Assembly: GCA_035559315.1 (NCBI GenBank)
Contig: DATMBJ010000099.1
Span: 60 to 64,059 of the forward strand
Direction of reading: 5' to 3'
DNA: 64,000 nt
Origin: Actinomycetota bacterium
GTDB lineage: Bacteria > Actinomycetota > UBA4738 > HRBIN12
How positions within the stretch are numbered: position 1 is the first letter of the stretch; every line of letters begins with the position of its first letter. The position numbers were made by a program, and so were the translations under genes. Below, piece after piece: positions 26,899 through 35,907 of the stretch. The notes beneath the pieces are model-generated. The model did no database searches, had not been told where the DNA came from, and saw nothing but the letters and a program-made list of their open reading frames with translations.

Positions 26899-27603
26899 TC
26901 ACTCCTCGCTCGCGCGCCCGGCCAGCTCCTCCGGGTCCCGGAGGGACCGGCCGAGCTCCTCCTCTATCTTTCGGCGCCTCCGCCGGGACGTTGAGACCCA
27001 GATCGCGACGAGGAGGACCGCCAGAAGGACGAGGCCCGCCCCCCGGAGGTAGCCCTCCGCGCGCCGGTACGCCTCGCCGAGCGCGAAGCCGAGCACCGCG
27101 TTGGCGGCCCCCCACAGGGCGGACCCGGCGGCGTCGTAGGCGGCGAACCGGCGCCAGGACATGTGCGAGACCCCCGCGAGGATGAACCCCACGCTCCGGA
27201 CCACGGGCACGAACCGCCCGAGGAACACCGTCTTCCCCCCGTGACGCCGGTAGTAGGCGTCGGCCATCGCGAGCCGCTCGGGGGTCACGAGCAGTCGGGG
27301 CCCGTGCCGCTCGAGGAACCCCCGTCCGAAGCGCCGCCCGATCAGGTAGCCGAGGTTGTCGCCGAGGATCGCTCCGGCCACCGAGACCGCGATCACGCCG
27401 GGGAGCGAGAGACGGCCCACCCGCGCATAGAATCCCCCCACGATGACCAGGGTCTCGCCCGGCACCACGACGCCCGCCCCGATCGAGTTCTCGAGCAGGG
27501 TGGCGAGGCCCACGATGAGGTAGCCCCAGGGAGGCGAGAGGTACGGCCGGAGGAACTCGACGACGTGCTCGACCACGGGCGCCCAGTATAGGTTCGGGGG
27601 CAT
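26899..27603 (-). CDS. DedA-family membrane protein
   Basis: LLENSIGAGVVVPGETLVIVGG...LGDNLGYLIGRRFGR...TVFLGRFVPVVRS matches the family. The ATG at 27603 lies within the longer ORF. The gene ends 7 nt before pilT, with an SD across its stop. Confidence 0.85.
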   Translation of the reverse strand: MPPNLYWAPVVEHVVEFLRPYLSPPWGYLIVGLATLLENSIGAGVVVPGETLVIVGGFYARVGRLSLPGVIAVSVAGAILGDNLGYLIGRRFGRGFLERHGPRLLVTPERLAMADAYYRRHGGKTVFLGRFVPVVRSVGFILAGVSHMSWRRFAAYDAAGSALWGAANAVLGFALGEAYRRAEGYLRGAGLVLLAVLLVAIWVSTSRRRRRKIEEELGRSLRDPEELAGRASEE

Positions 27604-27653
27604 CCGGGGCCGCCCGCGCGAGGTCCCGGGGACCCGAGCCGGGGCCCCGACGG

Positions 27654-28082
27654 GTGGCCGCCACCCGTCGGGAGGTCTCGGCCGGCGGGGTGGTCTACCG
27701 CAGGACCGCGGAGGGCACCGAGGTGGCCCTCGCCGCCCGCCGCACCCGCCGGGGGGAGCTGGCCTGGGGGCTCCCCAAGGGGGGGATCGAGCCCCACGAG
27801 ACCGCCGAGCAGGCGGCGCTCCGCGAGGTCCGGGAGGAGACCGGCCTCGAGGCCGTGGTCGAGGCCTCCCTGGGTGCGTCGCGCTACGTCTACGTCTGGG
27901 ACGGCGTCCGGGTGCGGAAGGTCGTCCACTTCTTCCTGATGCGCGCCACCGGCGGCGACGTCGCGCTCCACGACCACGAGATGGAGGAGGTGCGCTGGTT
28001 CCCCCTCCCCGGCGCCCTCCGGAAGGCCACCTACCGCGGGGAACGGGAGGTGCTGGCCCGGGCCGCCGACGCGCTCGGATGA
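27654..28082 (+). CDS. NUDIX hydrolase
   Basis: The Nudix box GLPKGGIEPHETAEQAALREVREETGL is present. Confidence 0.85.
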   Translation: MAATRREVSAGGVVYRRTAEGTEVALAARRTRRGELAWGLPKGGIEPHETAEQAALREVREETGLEAVVEASLGASRYVYVWDGVRVRKVVHFFLMRATGGDVALHDHEMEEVRWFPLPGALRKATYRGEREVLARAADALG

Positions 28083-28846
28083 CCCCGGGCAGGGCGGTCC
28101 TCGGCGTCCTCGTCGGCTTCACGGCCGGGGTGATGTCGGGCCTGTTCGGCGTGGGCGGCGGCATCATCACCACGCCGGCCATCCAGGTCCTCCTGGGGGG
28201 CGCCCCCTACGTGGCCGTGGGCACGCCGCTCCCGGTGATCTTCCCCACCAGCCTGGTCGGCGCCTACACGTACTGGCGCGCGGGGGAGGTGAGCGTCCGG
28301 GCCGCCCGCTGGGCGGCGCCGCCCGGGATCCTCGGGGCCGCCCTCGGGGCCTGGGCCACGGCCTTCGTGAACCCCCACGGGATCCTGCTGGTGACCGCGT
28401 TCCTGATCGGGTGGCAGGCGGTGCGGGTCGCCCGGGCCCGGCCCTACCTCGTCCGCCCCCGCGGCACCACGCCGGGCCCCCATTACGCGATCCTGGGGTT
28501 CGCCACGGGCTTCGTCTCGGGCCTGCTCGGCGTGGGCGGAGGCATCGTGTTCGTCCCCGCCGTCACCACGATCCTCGGGATGCCGCTGAAGCGGGCCCTG
28601 GGGACGTCCCTCCTCCTGATCTCCGCGGTCGCGGTCCCCGGGACCCTGGTCCACGCCGCCCTCGGGCACATCGACTGGTCGATCTTCCTCGTCCTGGTGG
28701 CCGGCGTGATCCCGGGGGCCAGGATCGGCGCGCGGATCGCCCTCGGCGCCGGGGAGCGCACGCTCCGGATCGCGGTCGGCGTCTTCCTGGGGGTCGTCGC
28801 CGTGCTGTACGCCGCGCAGGAGGCCCTCCTCCTGCTGCGGGGATGA
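28079..28846 (+). CDS. TauE/SafE-family sulfite exporter-like membrane protein
   Basis: The repeated motif SGLFGVGGGII / SGLLGVGGGIVFVP occurs in two halves. The start overlaps the NUDIX stop (ATGA). Confidence 0.85.
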   Translation: MTPGRAVLGVLVGFTAGVMSGLFGVGGGIITTPAIQVLLGGAPYVAVGTPLPVIFPTSLVGAYTYWRAGEVSVRAARWAAPPGILGAALGAWATAFVNPHGILLVTAFLIGWQAVRVARARPYLVRPRGTTPGPHYAILGFATGFVSGLLGVGGGIVFVPAVTTILGMPLKRALGTSLLLISAVAVPGTLVHAALGHIDWSIFLVLVAGVIPGARIGARIALGAGERTLRIAVGVFLGVVAVLYAAQEALLLLRG

Positions 28847-28868
28847 CCGCTAGGATGGCCGGGCCGGC

Positions 28869-30929
28869 ATGGCCACGCGTCCCGGGCTCCCGCTCCCCTC
28901 CTCCGCGCGGATCGCCGCCGCGCTCCTGGCGGCGGCCGCCGTCGTCCCCGCCGTCCCGGCGCGGGCCCAGGAGGAGGCGGCCCCGGTGGTGCGGCTCACG
29001 CTCCGCCGCCAGACCCCCTGGGTCACCGCGCGGGATCCGAGGCTCGAGGTGGAGGTCCGCGCGGTGAACGAGGGGACGGAGCCCCTCGGCGACCTCGCGC
29101 TGGGGATCGCCCTGTGGGGCCCGGTCCGGTCGCGTTCGGCCTACGAGGCGTCCCTCCGCGAGGACCCCGCCGGCGCGCTCCCGCTCCTCGCCCTGACCGA
29201 GCCCCTCGAGGGGGAGCTCGCCCCGGGCCGGGCCAGGGACTTCTCCTTCCACCTGGACCTCTCGTTCCTCGCCGGCCTCGGCGACCAGTCCCTGATCTAT
29301 CCGCTCCGGGTGGAGGTCCGCTCCGGGGACCTCCCGGTGGGCGTGCTCCGGACCCCCGTGATCCACCTCGTCCGCCGACCCGAGGTCCCGCTCGACCTCG
29401 GGTGGTGGTGGGAGCTCCACGAGCCGGTCCGCTACGGCCCCGACGGGCGTTTCACCTCCACCGCGCTCGAGGACGCGCTGGCGCCCGGCGGGTGGCTCGC
29501 CGGCGCCCTCGACGCGCTCCGGCTCCTGTCCTCGGGCCGCCGCACCGCCCCCTTCGACCTCGTGGTGTCCCCCCTCCTCCTGGCGCAGCTCCAGCGGATG
29601 CGCGCCGGCTACGCCGTCGTGGAGGGCGGGGCGCTCCGGAGCGTCGACGAGGGCGAGGCCGGCGCGGCCCGGGCGGGCGAGGCGCTCGAGGAGCTGCGCC
29701 GGGTCGCGGCGAGCGGCGTCCCGGGCCTCACCGCCTACCCCCTCGCCGCGCCCCTCCTCCCCGCGATGACCGGCGGCGGCCTGGGCCGGGACCTCCCGGC
29801 CCAGCTCGACCGGGGCGTGGAGCTGGTCGGCGCTGCGCTCGGCGTCGAGCCCGACGTCGCGGTCTTCCGTCCCCCGGCCGGGGCCCTCGACCCCGCCGGG
29901 CTCCGGTTCCTCGCGTGCCGGGGGGTCCGGGTGCTCCTCGCCGCCCCGACCTCCGTCGAGCGACCCCCCCACCCCCTGGGGTTCGCGCCCCCGGCCACGG
30001 ACCTCCTCGAGGCGTTCCCCTGCGGGCCCGTGACGGCCCTCCTCCCGGACCCAGCGGTCCAGGCCCTCCTCGACCCCGCCGTCCTCGCCGCCGACCCGGT
30101 CCTGGGGGCCCAGGTCGTGCTCGGCGAGTTGGCGGCCATCTGGCTCGAGCAGCCCGGGGTCCCGCGGGCGATCGTCCTCGGCGTCCCTCCCGCGACCCCC
30201 GGCGGCTTCGCCCGCCCCTTCGCGTACCGGATCTCGCGGGCGCCTTTCCTCCGCCCGCTCCGGGCCTCCGACCTCGCGGCCCTCCACCCGCCCGACCCCG
30301 AGGCGCCGCCGGCACGCCTCCTCCCGAGCCAGACCCCCGGGTTCACCCGCTCCTACGTGGAGTTCCTCCGCCGGACCCGCCGCCTCCTCGAGGACTACCG
30401 CTCGATGCTGGCCGAGGACGACCCCCTGCCGGACGCGCTCGCCACGCGCCTCCTCATCGCCGAGGGCGGCCAGTTCGTGGGGAACGAGTTCCAGGGGGCC
30501 GCCTTCGTGCGGGCCGTGCGGGACCGGCTGCGCGCCGAGCTCTCCAAGGTCCGCCCGGTCGTGGTCCGCACGGTCACGCTCTCGTCCCGGACCGGGACGA
30601 TCCCGATCCGGGTGACGAACGAGACCGGGCACGTGCTCCGGGTGGTCGTCGAGCTCGCCTCCGCCCGGATCGGCCTCCTCGAGGCCGTGCAGGAGGTCGA
30701 GCTGGACCGCCCCGAGCGCACGCTCCTGTTCCCCGTGGAGCTCCGGACCACCGGGCGGTTCCCGGTGCGGGTGCTGGTCCGCACGCCCTCGGGGCGGATC
30801 GTGAGCGACGCGATCCTCGTGGTCCGCTCGACCGCCTACAACCGCGTCGCGCTCGTGATCACGCTGGGCGCCGCCCTGCTCCTCTTGGCGCTCTCGAGCA
30901 GGAGGTTCGTGCCACGTCGGAGCAGCTGA
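28869..30929 (+). CDS. secreted DUF6049-like protein (conserved murJ neighbour in actinobacteria)
   Basis: It has a signal peptide ending PARAQE and a C-terminal TM anchor. The family name is inferred from its size and its position directly upstream of murJ, as in mycobacteria, and is recalled from memory rather than searched. Confidence 0.7.
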   Translation: MATRPGLPLPSSARIAAALLAAAAVVPAVPARAQEEAAPVVRLTLRRQTPWVTARDPRLEVEVRAVNEGTEPLGDLALGIALWGPVRSRSAYEASLREDPAGALPLLALTEPLEGELAPGRARDFSFHLDLSFLAGLGDQSLIYPLRVEVRSGDLPVGVLRTPVIHLVRRPEVPLDLGWWWELHEPVRYGPDGRFTSTALEDALAPGGWLAGALDALRLLSSGRRTAPFDLVVSPLLLAQLQRMRAGYAVVEGGALRSVDEGEAGAARAGEALEELRRVAASGVPGLTAYPLAAPLLPAMTGGGLGRDLPAQLDRGVELVGAALGVEPDVAVFRPPAGALDPAGLRFLACRGVRVLLAAPTSVERPPHPLGFAPPATDLLEAFPCGPVTALLPDPAVQALLDPAVLAADPVLGAQVVLGELAAIWLEQPGVPRAIVLGVPPATPGGFARPFAYRISRAPFLRPLRASDLAALHPPDPEAPPARLLPSQTPGFTRSYVEFLRRTRRLLEDYRSMLAEDDPLPDALATRLLIAEGGQFVGNEFQGAAFVRAVRDRLRAELSKVRPVVVRTVTLSSRTGTIPIRVTNETGHVLRVVVELASARIGLLEAVQEVELDRPERTLLFPVELRTTGRFPVRVLVRTPSGRIVSDAILVVRSTAYNRVALVITLGAALLLLALSSRRFVPRRSS

Positions 30930-30964
30930 GGCCGGAGACGCCGGAGGCGGAGGACCAGCCGATC

Positions 30965-32590
30965 GTGCGCCCCGAGGACACGCCGGCGGCGTTCGTGCGC
31001 CGCACCGGGGTGATGTCGCTCGGGACCGCCCTCTCCCGGGCCACGGGCTTCCTGCGGCTCGCCGCCGCCGCCTACGCGTTGGGGGTCACCGCCGGCCGCC
31101 TGGCCGACATCTACAACACGGCGAACACCACGCCGAACATCGTCTACGAGCTGGTCCTGGGCGGGGTGCTCTCCTCGGTGTTCGTCCCGGTCTTCGTCCA
31201 GTGGCTCGAGGAGCGCGGCCCGGACGAGGCCTGGGAGGCCGCCCGACGGATCCTCACGCTCACGGTCGTCGTGCTCTCGGCCATCGCCGCCCTGGCCATC
31301 GCCGCCGCCCCCTGGATCATCCGCCTCTACACCCTCCGCTGGCCCGAGCCTCAGCGCGCCGTGGCCGAGCGCCTGGGGACCTTCTTCCTCCGCTGGTTCA
31401 TGCCCCAGATCGTGTTCTACGGGGTGGGGACGGTGGCCACCGGCCTCCTCAACGCCCACCGCCGGTTCGCCGCGCCGATGTTCGCCCCGATCCTCAACAA
31501 CCTGGTCGTCGTGGCCACGCTCTTGGCCTACGCGTCGGTGGCCGGCGCCGACCGGGCCGACCCGACCGCGATCACGGGCGGCGAACGGCTGCTGCTCGGG
31601 GTGGGCACGACGCTCGGCGTGGTGGCGATGACCGCGGCCCTCCTCCCGTCGCTCCGGGCCACCGGGTTCCGCTTCGCCTGGCGCCTGGACCCCCGGCACC
31701 CGGCGATCGCCCGGATCGCCCGCCTCGCCACCTGGACCATCGTCTACGTGGTGGTGAACCAGCTCGGCTACCTCACGGTCCCCATCCTGGCCGGCGAACG
31801 GCAGGGCGGGTACACGGCCTACGCCGCGGCCTACATCCTGTTCCAGCTCCCCCACGCGATCTTCGCGGTGTCGATCTTCACCGCGCTCCTGCCCGCCATG
31901 GCCTCCCGCCACACCGAGGGGGACCTGGCGGCCTTCCGGGCGCTGCTCTCGCGCGGCATCCGGGCCACCGCGTTCATCGTGCTGCCCGCGGCCGCGGGCT
32001 ACGTCGCCCTGGCCCGCCCGATCGTCCGGCTCCTGCTCGAGCGGGGGGAGACCGGGCCCCGGGACACCGAGCTGATCGCCGGGATCCTCGCCCTCTTCGC
32101 CCTCGGCCTGTTCTCGTTCTCGGCGTTCCAGCTCCTGCTCCGCGCCTACTACTCCATGCAGGACACGCGCACGCCGGCCCTGGTGAACGTGGGCGCGGTC
32201 GCCGTGAACGTCCTGGCCAACGTGGTCCTGGCGGTCGGTCTCGGCCTGGGGCCCCGGGGCCTGGCCGCCGGCCACGCCCTCGCGTACACGGCGGGGGCGC
32301 TCGCGCTCGGCCTCCTGCTCCGGCGCCGGCTCGGCGGGATCGACGGGCGGCGGATCGTCCGGGCCCTCGGGCGGGTCCTGCTGGCCGCGGCGGCGACCGG
32401 CGCGGCGGCCCGCGCGGCCGCCGCCGGCCTGGCGCGACTCGTGGGGACCGCGTCCGTCGCCGCCCAGGCGCTCCAGGTCTTCGGCGCGATCGGCGTCGGG
32501 CTGCTTGTGTTCGCCTCCGCGGCCCTTATCTTCCGCCTCGAGGAGGTCGATGTGGTGAGGGACGCGCTGCGGCGCGGGGGACGTCGGTGA
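30965..32590 (+). CDS. murJ: lipid II flippase MurJ
   Basis: SLGTALSRATGFLRLAAAAYALG...ADIYNTANTTPNIVYELVLGGVLSSVFVP is the MurJ N-terminal signature, in a polytopic protein. The start is the GTG at 30965 or the ATG at 31013. Confidence 0.85.
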   Translation: MRPEDTPAAFVRRTGVMSLGTALSRATGFLRLAAAAYALGVTAGRLADIYNTANTTPNIVYELVLGGVLSSVFVPVFVQWLEERGPDEAWEAARRILTLTVVVLSAIAALAIAAAPWIIRLYTLRWPEPQRAVAERLGTFFLRWFMPQIVFYGVGTVATGLLNAHRRFAAPMFAPILNNLVVVATLLAYASVAGADRADPTAITGGERLLLGVGTTLGVVAMTAALLPSLRATGFRFAWRLDPRHPAIARIARLATWTIVYVVVNQLGYLTVPILAGERQGGYTAYAAAYILFQLPHAIFAVSIFTALLPAMASRHTEGDLAAFRALLSRGIRATAFIVLPAAAGYVALARPIVRLLLERGETGPRDTELIAGILALFALGLFSFSAFQLLLRAYYSMQDTRTPALVNVGAVAVNVLANVVLAVGLGLGPRGLAAGHALAYTAGALALGLLLRRRLGGIDGRRIVRALGRVLLAAAATGAAARAAAAGLARLVGTASVAAQALQVFGAIGVGLLVFASAALIFRLEEVDVVRDALRRGGRR

Positions 32591-32982
32591 ACGCGAGGGC
32601 GGAGGAGGGGCTCGTCGGGAAGGCGATCCTCGTCTCGCTCGTCCTGCTCGCGCTCGTGGCGGTCGCGGCCTTCGACGCCGGCTCGATCCTCGTGGCCCGG
32701 TACCGGGTCGCGGACCTCGCCGAGCGCGCCACCTACCAGGCGCGGGTGGTCTACGACCGGACCCACGACCGTCGGCAGGCCTGCGCCGCGGCGGAGGACC
32801 TGGTGGAGGCCGGCGATCGGCGGGCCCGGATCCCCGACGGGGGCTGCGTGGTCGATCCCGGCGGTCGCGAGGTCCGGGTCACGGTGCGGCGGGCCGCGGG
32901 GACGCTCCTCGTCCGGCGCATCCCCTTCCTCCGCCCTTACGGGAGGGCCGAGGCCACCGAGTCCCTGCCGCTCCCGTCGTGA
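32587..32982 (+). CDS. hypothetical membrane-anchored protein, TadE-like N-terminus
   Basis: 131 aa, with the TM segment AILVSLVLLALVAVAAFDAGSILVARYRVADLAERA. Both ends overlap neighbouring genes by GTGA (murJ stop and sigma start). Confidence 0.5.
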   Translation: MNARAEEGLVGKAILVSLVLLALVAVAAFDAGSILVARYRVADLAERATYQARVVYDRTHDRRQACAAAEDLVEAGDRRARIPDGGCVVDPGGREVRVTVRRAAGTLLVRRIPFLRPYGRAEATESLPLPS

Positions 32983-33575
32983 GCGGGACCCTCGACAGCG
33001 ACGAGGAGCTCGTCCGGCGGACCCTGGCCGGGGACCGGGGGGCCTTCGGGACGCTGGTCGAGCGGCACCAGCGGCGGACGTACAACCTCGCCCTCCGGAT
33101 GCTCGGGCGGGAGGAGGACGCCCGGGACGCGACCCAGGAGGCCTTCCTCACGGCGTTCCGCAAGCTGGCCTCGTTCCGGGGCGACGCGGCCTTCTCGACC
33201 TGGCTGCACCGGGTCACGGTGAACGCCTGCTACGACCTCCTGCGGAGGTCCGCCCGCGCCCCCCTCACCGCCCGGGCGGACGACGAGCCGCGGCCCGAAC
33301 CCGGCCCCCCGGTCCCCGACCACGCCGAGGCCGCGGCCGGCAGCGTCGACGTCCGTCGGGCGCTGCTGCGGCTGCCCCCCGAGCACCGGGCGGTCCTGGT
33401 CCTCCACGACGTCCAGGACCTGCCCTACGAGGAAGTCGCCCAGGCCCTGGGCATCCCCGTGGGCACCGTGAAGTCCCGCCTGCACCGAGCGCGGGTGGCC
33501 CTGGGGCGCGAGCTCCGGGGGGAGGGCGAGGCGGAACGCGTAGCCCCGCCCGGACCGTCCGAGGAGGGACGATGA
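32979..33575 (+). CDS. ECF (sigma-70 family) RNA polymerase sigma factor, SigM-position
   Basis: Region 2 reads FGTLVERHQRRTYNLALRMLGREEDARDATQEAFL. Region 4 reads LPYEEVAQALGIPVGTVKSRLHRAR. Confidence 0.9.
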   Translation: MSGTLDSDEELVRRTLAGDRGAFGTLVERHQRRTYNLALRMLGREEDARDATQEAFLTAFRKLASFRGDAAFSTWLHRVTVNACYDLLRRSARAPLTARADDEPRPEPGPPVPDHAEAAAGSVDVRRALLRLPPEHRAVLVLHDVQDLPYEEVAQALGIPVGTVKSRLHRARVALGRELRGEGEAERVAPPGPSEEGR

Positions 33576-34306
33576 CCCACCCCGGGGACGAGCTCCTCGC
33601 CGCGTACGTCGACGGCGCCCTGACCGAGCCCGAGCGGAGCGCGGTCGCCGCCCACCTGGACGCCTGCCCGGCCTGCCGGGAGGAGGTGGGCCTGGCCGCC
33701 CAGGCCCGCGGCGCGCTCCGAGCCCTCCCGGAGGAGCCGGTGCCGCTGCGCGTGACCGGGCCCGTGCTCCGGGAGGTGCGGGGGGCCGACGGGGACCGCC
33801 GGAGCCGCGTCGTCCGCTGGCTCTCCGGGGCCGCCGTCGCCGCCGCGGTGGTCGCCGTGCTCGCCGTCGCCCTCCCCGAGCTCGGCCAGCGGGGCGCGGC
33901 CCCTCCAGCCGCGGAGGAGGTCTCGGCCCCGCAGGAGGCCGGGCTGCCGGCCGCCGCCGCCTCCCCGGCCCTGCCCAGCCTGGAGCGGAGCGACCGCGAC
34001 TACCGCCCCGAGGACCTCGAGGCCCTGGCCGGGGAGGCCACGGCCGGAGCCGGCGGGCCCGTCGCGGCCGAGGCGAAGATCCCGCCCGCGACCGCCCGGG
34101 CCCTGGAGTGCGTCCTGCGGGGATCCGACCTCACCCCCGACGACCAGGTGGTCCGGCTGATCGACGCGCGGTTCCAGGGGACCCCCGCATACCTGGCGGT
34201 CGCGCTCCGGGGCCCCGGGGCGGGCCAGCCCCCCACCAAGGTCGTGGTCTGGGTGGTGGCGAAGGAGCGCTGCGGCCCCCTCGCCTACTCCCAGGACACG
34301 CTCTAG
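33572..34306 (+). CDS. anti-sigma factor (zf-HC2 type), single-pass membrane
   Basis: The motif HLDACPACREE is followed by a central TM segment AAVAAAVVAVLAVAL. The start overlaps the sigma stop (ATGA). Confidence 0.8.
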   Translation: MTHPGDELLAAYVDGALTEPERSAVAAHLDACPACREEVGLAAQARGALRALPEEPVPLRVTGPVLREVRGADGDRRSRVVRWLSGAAVAAAVVAVLAVALPELGQRGAAPPAAEEVSAPQEAGLPAAAASPALPSLERSDRDYRPEDLEALAGEATAGAGGPVAAEAKIPPATARALECVLRGSDLTPDDQVVRLIDARFQGTPAYLAVALRGPGAGQPPTKVVVWVVAKERCGPLAYSQDTL

Positions 34307-34417
34307 CGCGACCGGCCCCCCGCGGTCGGACGACCGTCGGGGACGGGCCCACGGCTCCCCGGCGGGAATGCCCCACGGTTGTAGGCTGTGGAAGATCGTG
34401 CGGAGGCGAGCGCGACG

Positions 34418-35344
34418 ATGACCGAGGAACGGAACGTCCTGATCCTAGGATCGGGGCCGGCCGGGTACACGGCGGCCCTGTACGCCGGCCGCGCCGACCT
34501 CGAGCCGCTGGTGCTCAAGGGCGTGGACGCGGGCGGCCAGCTGATGCTCACGACCGAGGTCGAGAACTACCCCGGCTTCCCCGACGGCATCCTCGGCCCC
34601 GAGCTCATGGAGGCCATGGAGAAGCAGGCCGAGCGGTTCGGCGCGGAGCTGCTCCACCAGGCCGCGACCCGGGTCGACCTCTCCGAGCGCCCGTTCCGCG
34701 TGTGGGCGGGGGATCAGGAGTGGCGGGCCCGGACCCTGATCGTGGCGACCGGCGCCTCGGCCAAGTGGCTCGGGGTCCCGGGGGAGGAGCGGCTCCGGGG
34801 ACGGGGGGTCTCGGCCTGCGCCACCTGCGACGGGTTCTTCTTCCGGGACCGGGAGCTCGTCGTGGTGGGCGGCGGCGACTCCGCCATGGAGGAGGCGATC
34901 TTCCTCACGAAGTTCGCCTCGAAGGTCACGATCGTCCACCGCCGGGACCGGTTCCGGGCCTCCAAGATCATGCAGGACCGGGCCCTGGCGAACCCCAAGA
35001 TCTCGGTGATCTGGGATACCGTCGTGGAGGAGATCCTGGGCGACGGGCAGGTGACCGGCGTGCGGCTGCGGAACGTGAAGAGCGGGGAGGTCCGGGACTT
35101 CCCGACCGACGGGGTCTTCGTGGCCATCGGCCACACGCCGAACACCCAGCTCTTCGAGGGTCAGCTCGAGCTCGACGGCGGGTACATCGTCGTGCAGGAG
35201 CCGACGACCCGCACCAGCGTCCCCGGGGTCTTCGCCGCGGGCGACGTCGTGGACCGGATCTACCGGCAGGCGGTGACCGCCGCGGGGATGGGGTGCAAGG
35301 CGGCGATCGACGCCGAGCGGTTCCTCCAGGAGGAGGGCCGCTGA
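34418..35344 (+). CDS. trxB: thioredoxin-disulfide reductase
   Basis: [17 protein letters not shown] is present, the redox centre is CATCDG, and GVFAAGDV follows. The ATG at 34418 has GGAGG 11 nt upstream. Confidence 0.92.
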   Translation: MTEERNVLILGSGPAGYTAALYAGRADLEPLVLKGVDAGGQLMLTTEVENYPGFPDGILGPELMEAMEKQAERFGAELLHQAATRVDLSERPFRVWAGDQEWRARTLIVATGASAKWLGVPGEERLRGRGVSACATCDGFFFRDRELVVVGGGDSAMEEAIFLTKFASKVTIVHRRDRFRASKIMQDRALANPKISVIWDTVVEEILGDGQVTGVRLRNVKSGEVRDFPTDGVFVAIGHTPNTQLFEGQLELDGGYIVVQEPTTRTSVPGVFAAGDVVDRIYRQAVTAAGMGCKAAIDAERFLQEEGR

Positions 35345-35348
35345 CGGG

Positions 35349-35369
35349 CCGGGCGCGCCCCGCGCCCGG
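35349..35369 (+). terminator. GC hairpin directly after trxB
   Basis: CCGGGCGCG-ccc-CGCGCCCGG forms a 9-bp perfect stem. There is no U-tract. Confidence 0.35.
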
Positions 35370-35376
35370 GTACGGA

Positions 35377-35469
35377 GCACCGGCCCCGGGCCGGACGTAG
35401 GTATCCAGCACCGGCCCCGGGCCGGACGTCGGTACGACGACCGGCGCCGGGCCGGACGAGGGATCGAGG
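35377..35469. repeat. three tandem copies (about 30 nt) of a hairpin-containing repeat in the trxB-trxA spacer
   Basis: GCACCGGCCCCGGGCCGGACGT occurs twice identically, at 35377 and 35408. A degenerate third copy CCGGCGCCGGGCCGGACGA is at 35441. Each copy contains the palindromic core CCGGCCC-c-GGGCCGG. Confidence 0.6.
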
Positions 35470-35480
35470 AGGGAAGGGAA

Positions 35481-35810
35481 GTGGCGATCATCGGAGACGT
35501 GACCGACCGGGACTTCGAGGAGCGGGTGCTGCGGTCGCCCATCCCCGTGCTCGTGGACTTCTGGGCGGAGTGGTGCGTGCCCTGCCACATGGTCTCCCCC
35601 GCCGTGGAGGCCATCGGGCGCGAGAGCGGCGACTCCCTCGCCGTCGCGAAGCTCAACATCGACGAGAACCCCGAGGCCACCCGGCGCTACGGGGTGATGA
35701 GCATCCCCACCCTCATCCTGTTCAAGGACGGGGAGGAGAAGGCGCGGCTGGTCGGGGCCCGCGGCAAGGAGGCCCTGCGCAGGGAGCTCGAGCCGCACCT
35801 CGCCGCGTAG
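35481..35810 (+). CDS. trxA: thioredoxin (active site WCVPC)
   Basis: VLVDFWAEWCVPCHMVSP...YGVMSIPTLILFKDGE matches thioredoxin. The start is GTG with the SD GAGGAGGGAAGGG. Confidence 0.9.
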   Translation: MAIIGDVTDRDFEERVLRSPIPVLVDFWAEWCVPCHMVSPAVEAIGRESGDSLAVAKLNIDENPEATRRYGVMSIPTLILFKDGEEKARLVGARGKEALRRELEPHLAA

Positions 35811-35907
35811 GAGCCCGACCCCGCCTCCGTAGCCCCGGGCGGGAACCGCACCGCTGGGGCTCGGAGGGGGCCGGAACCACGGCGCCGCCCCCGCCCGTCT
35901 CCCGGGC

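Noticed and set aside
28563-30964. 689-aa reverse ORF (28563..30632) and the long 5' part of forward ORF 29114..32590 overlapping the DUF6049-like gene
   Set aside because: Both have low-complexity R/P/G composition. The 28869..30929 frame has a signal peptide, balanced composition and a C-terminal anchor. MurJ homology only begins near 30965.
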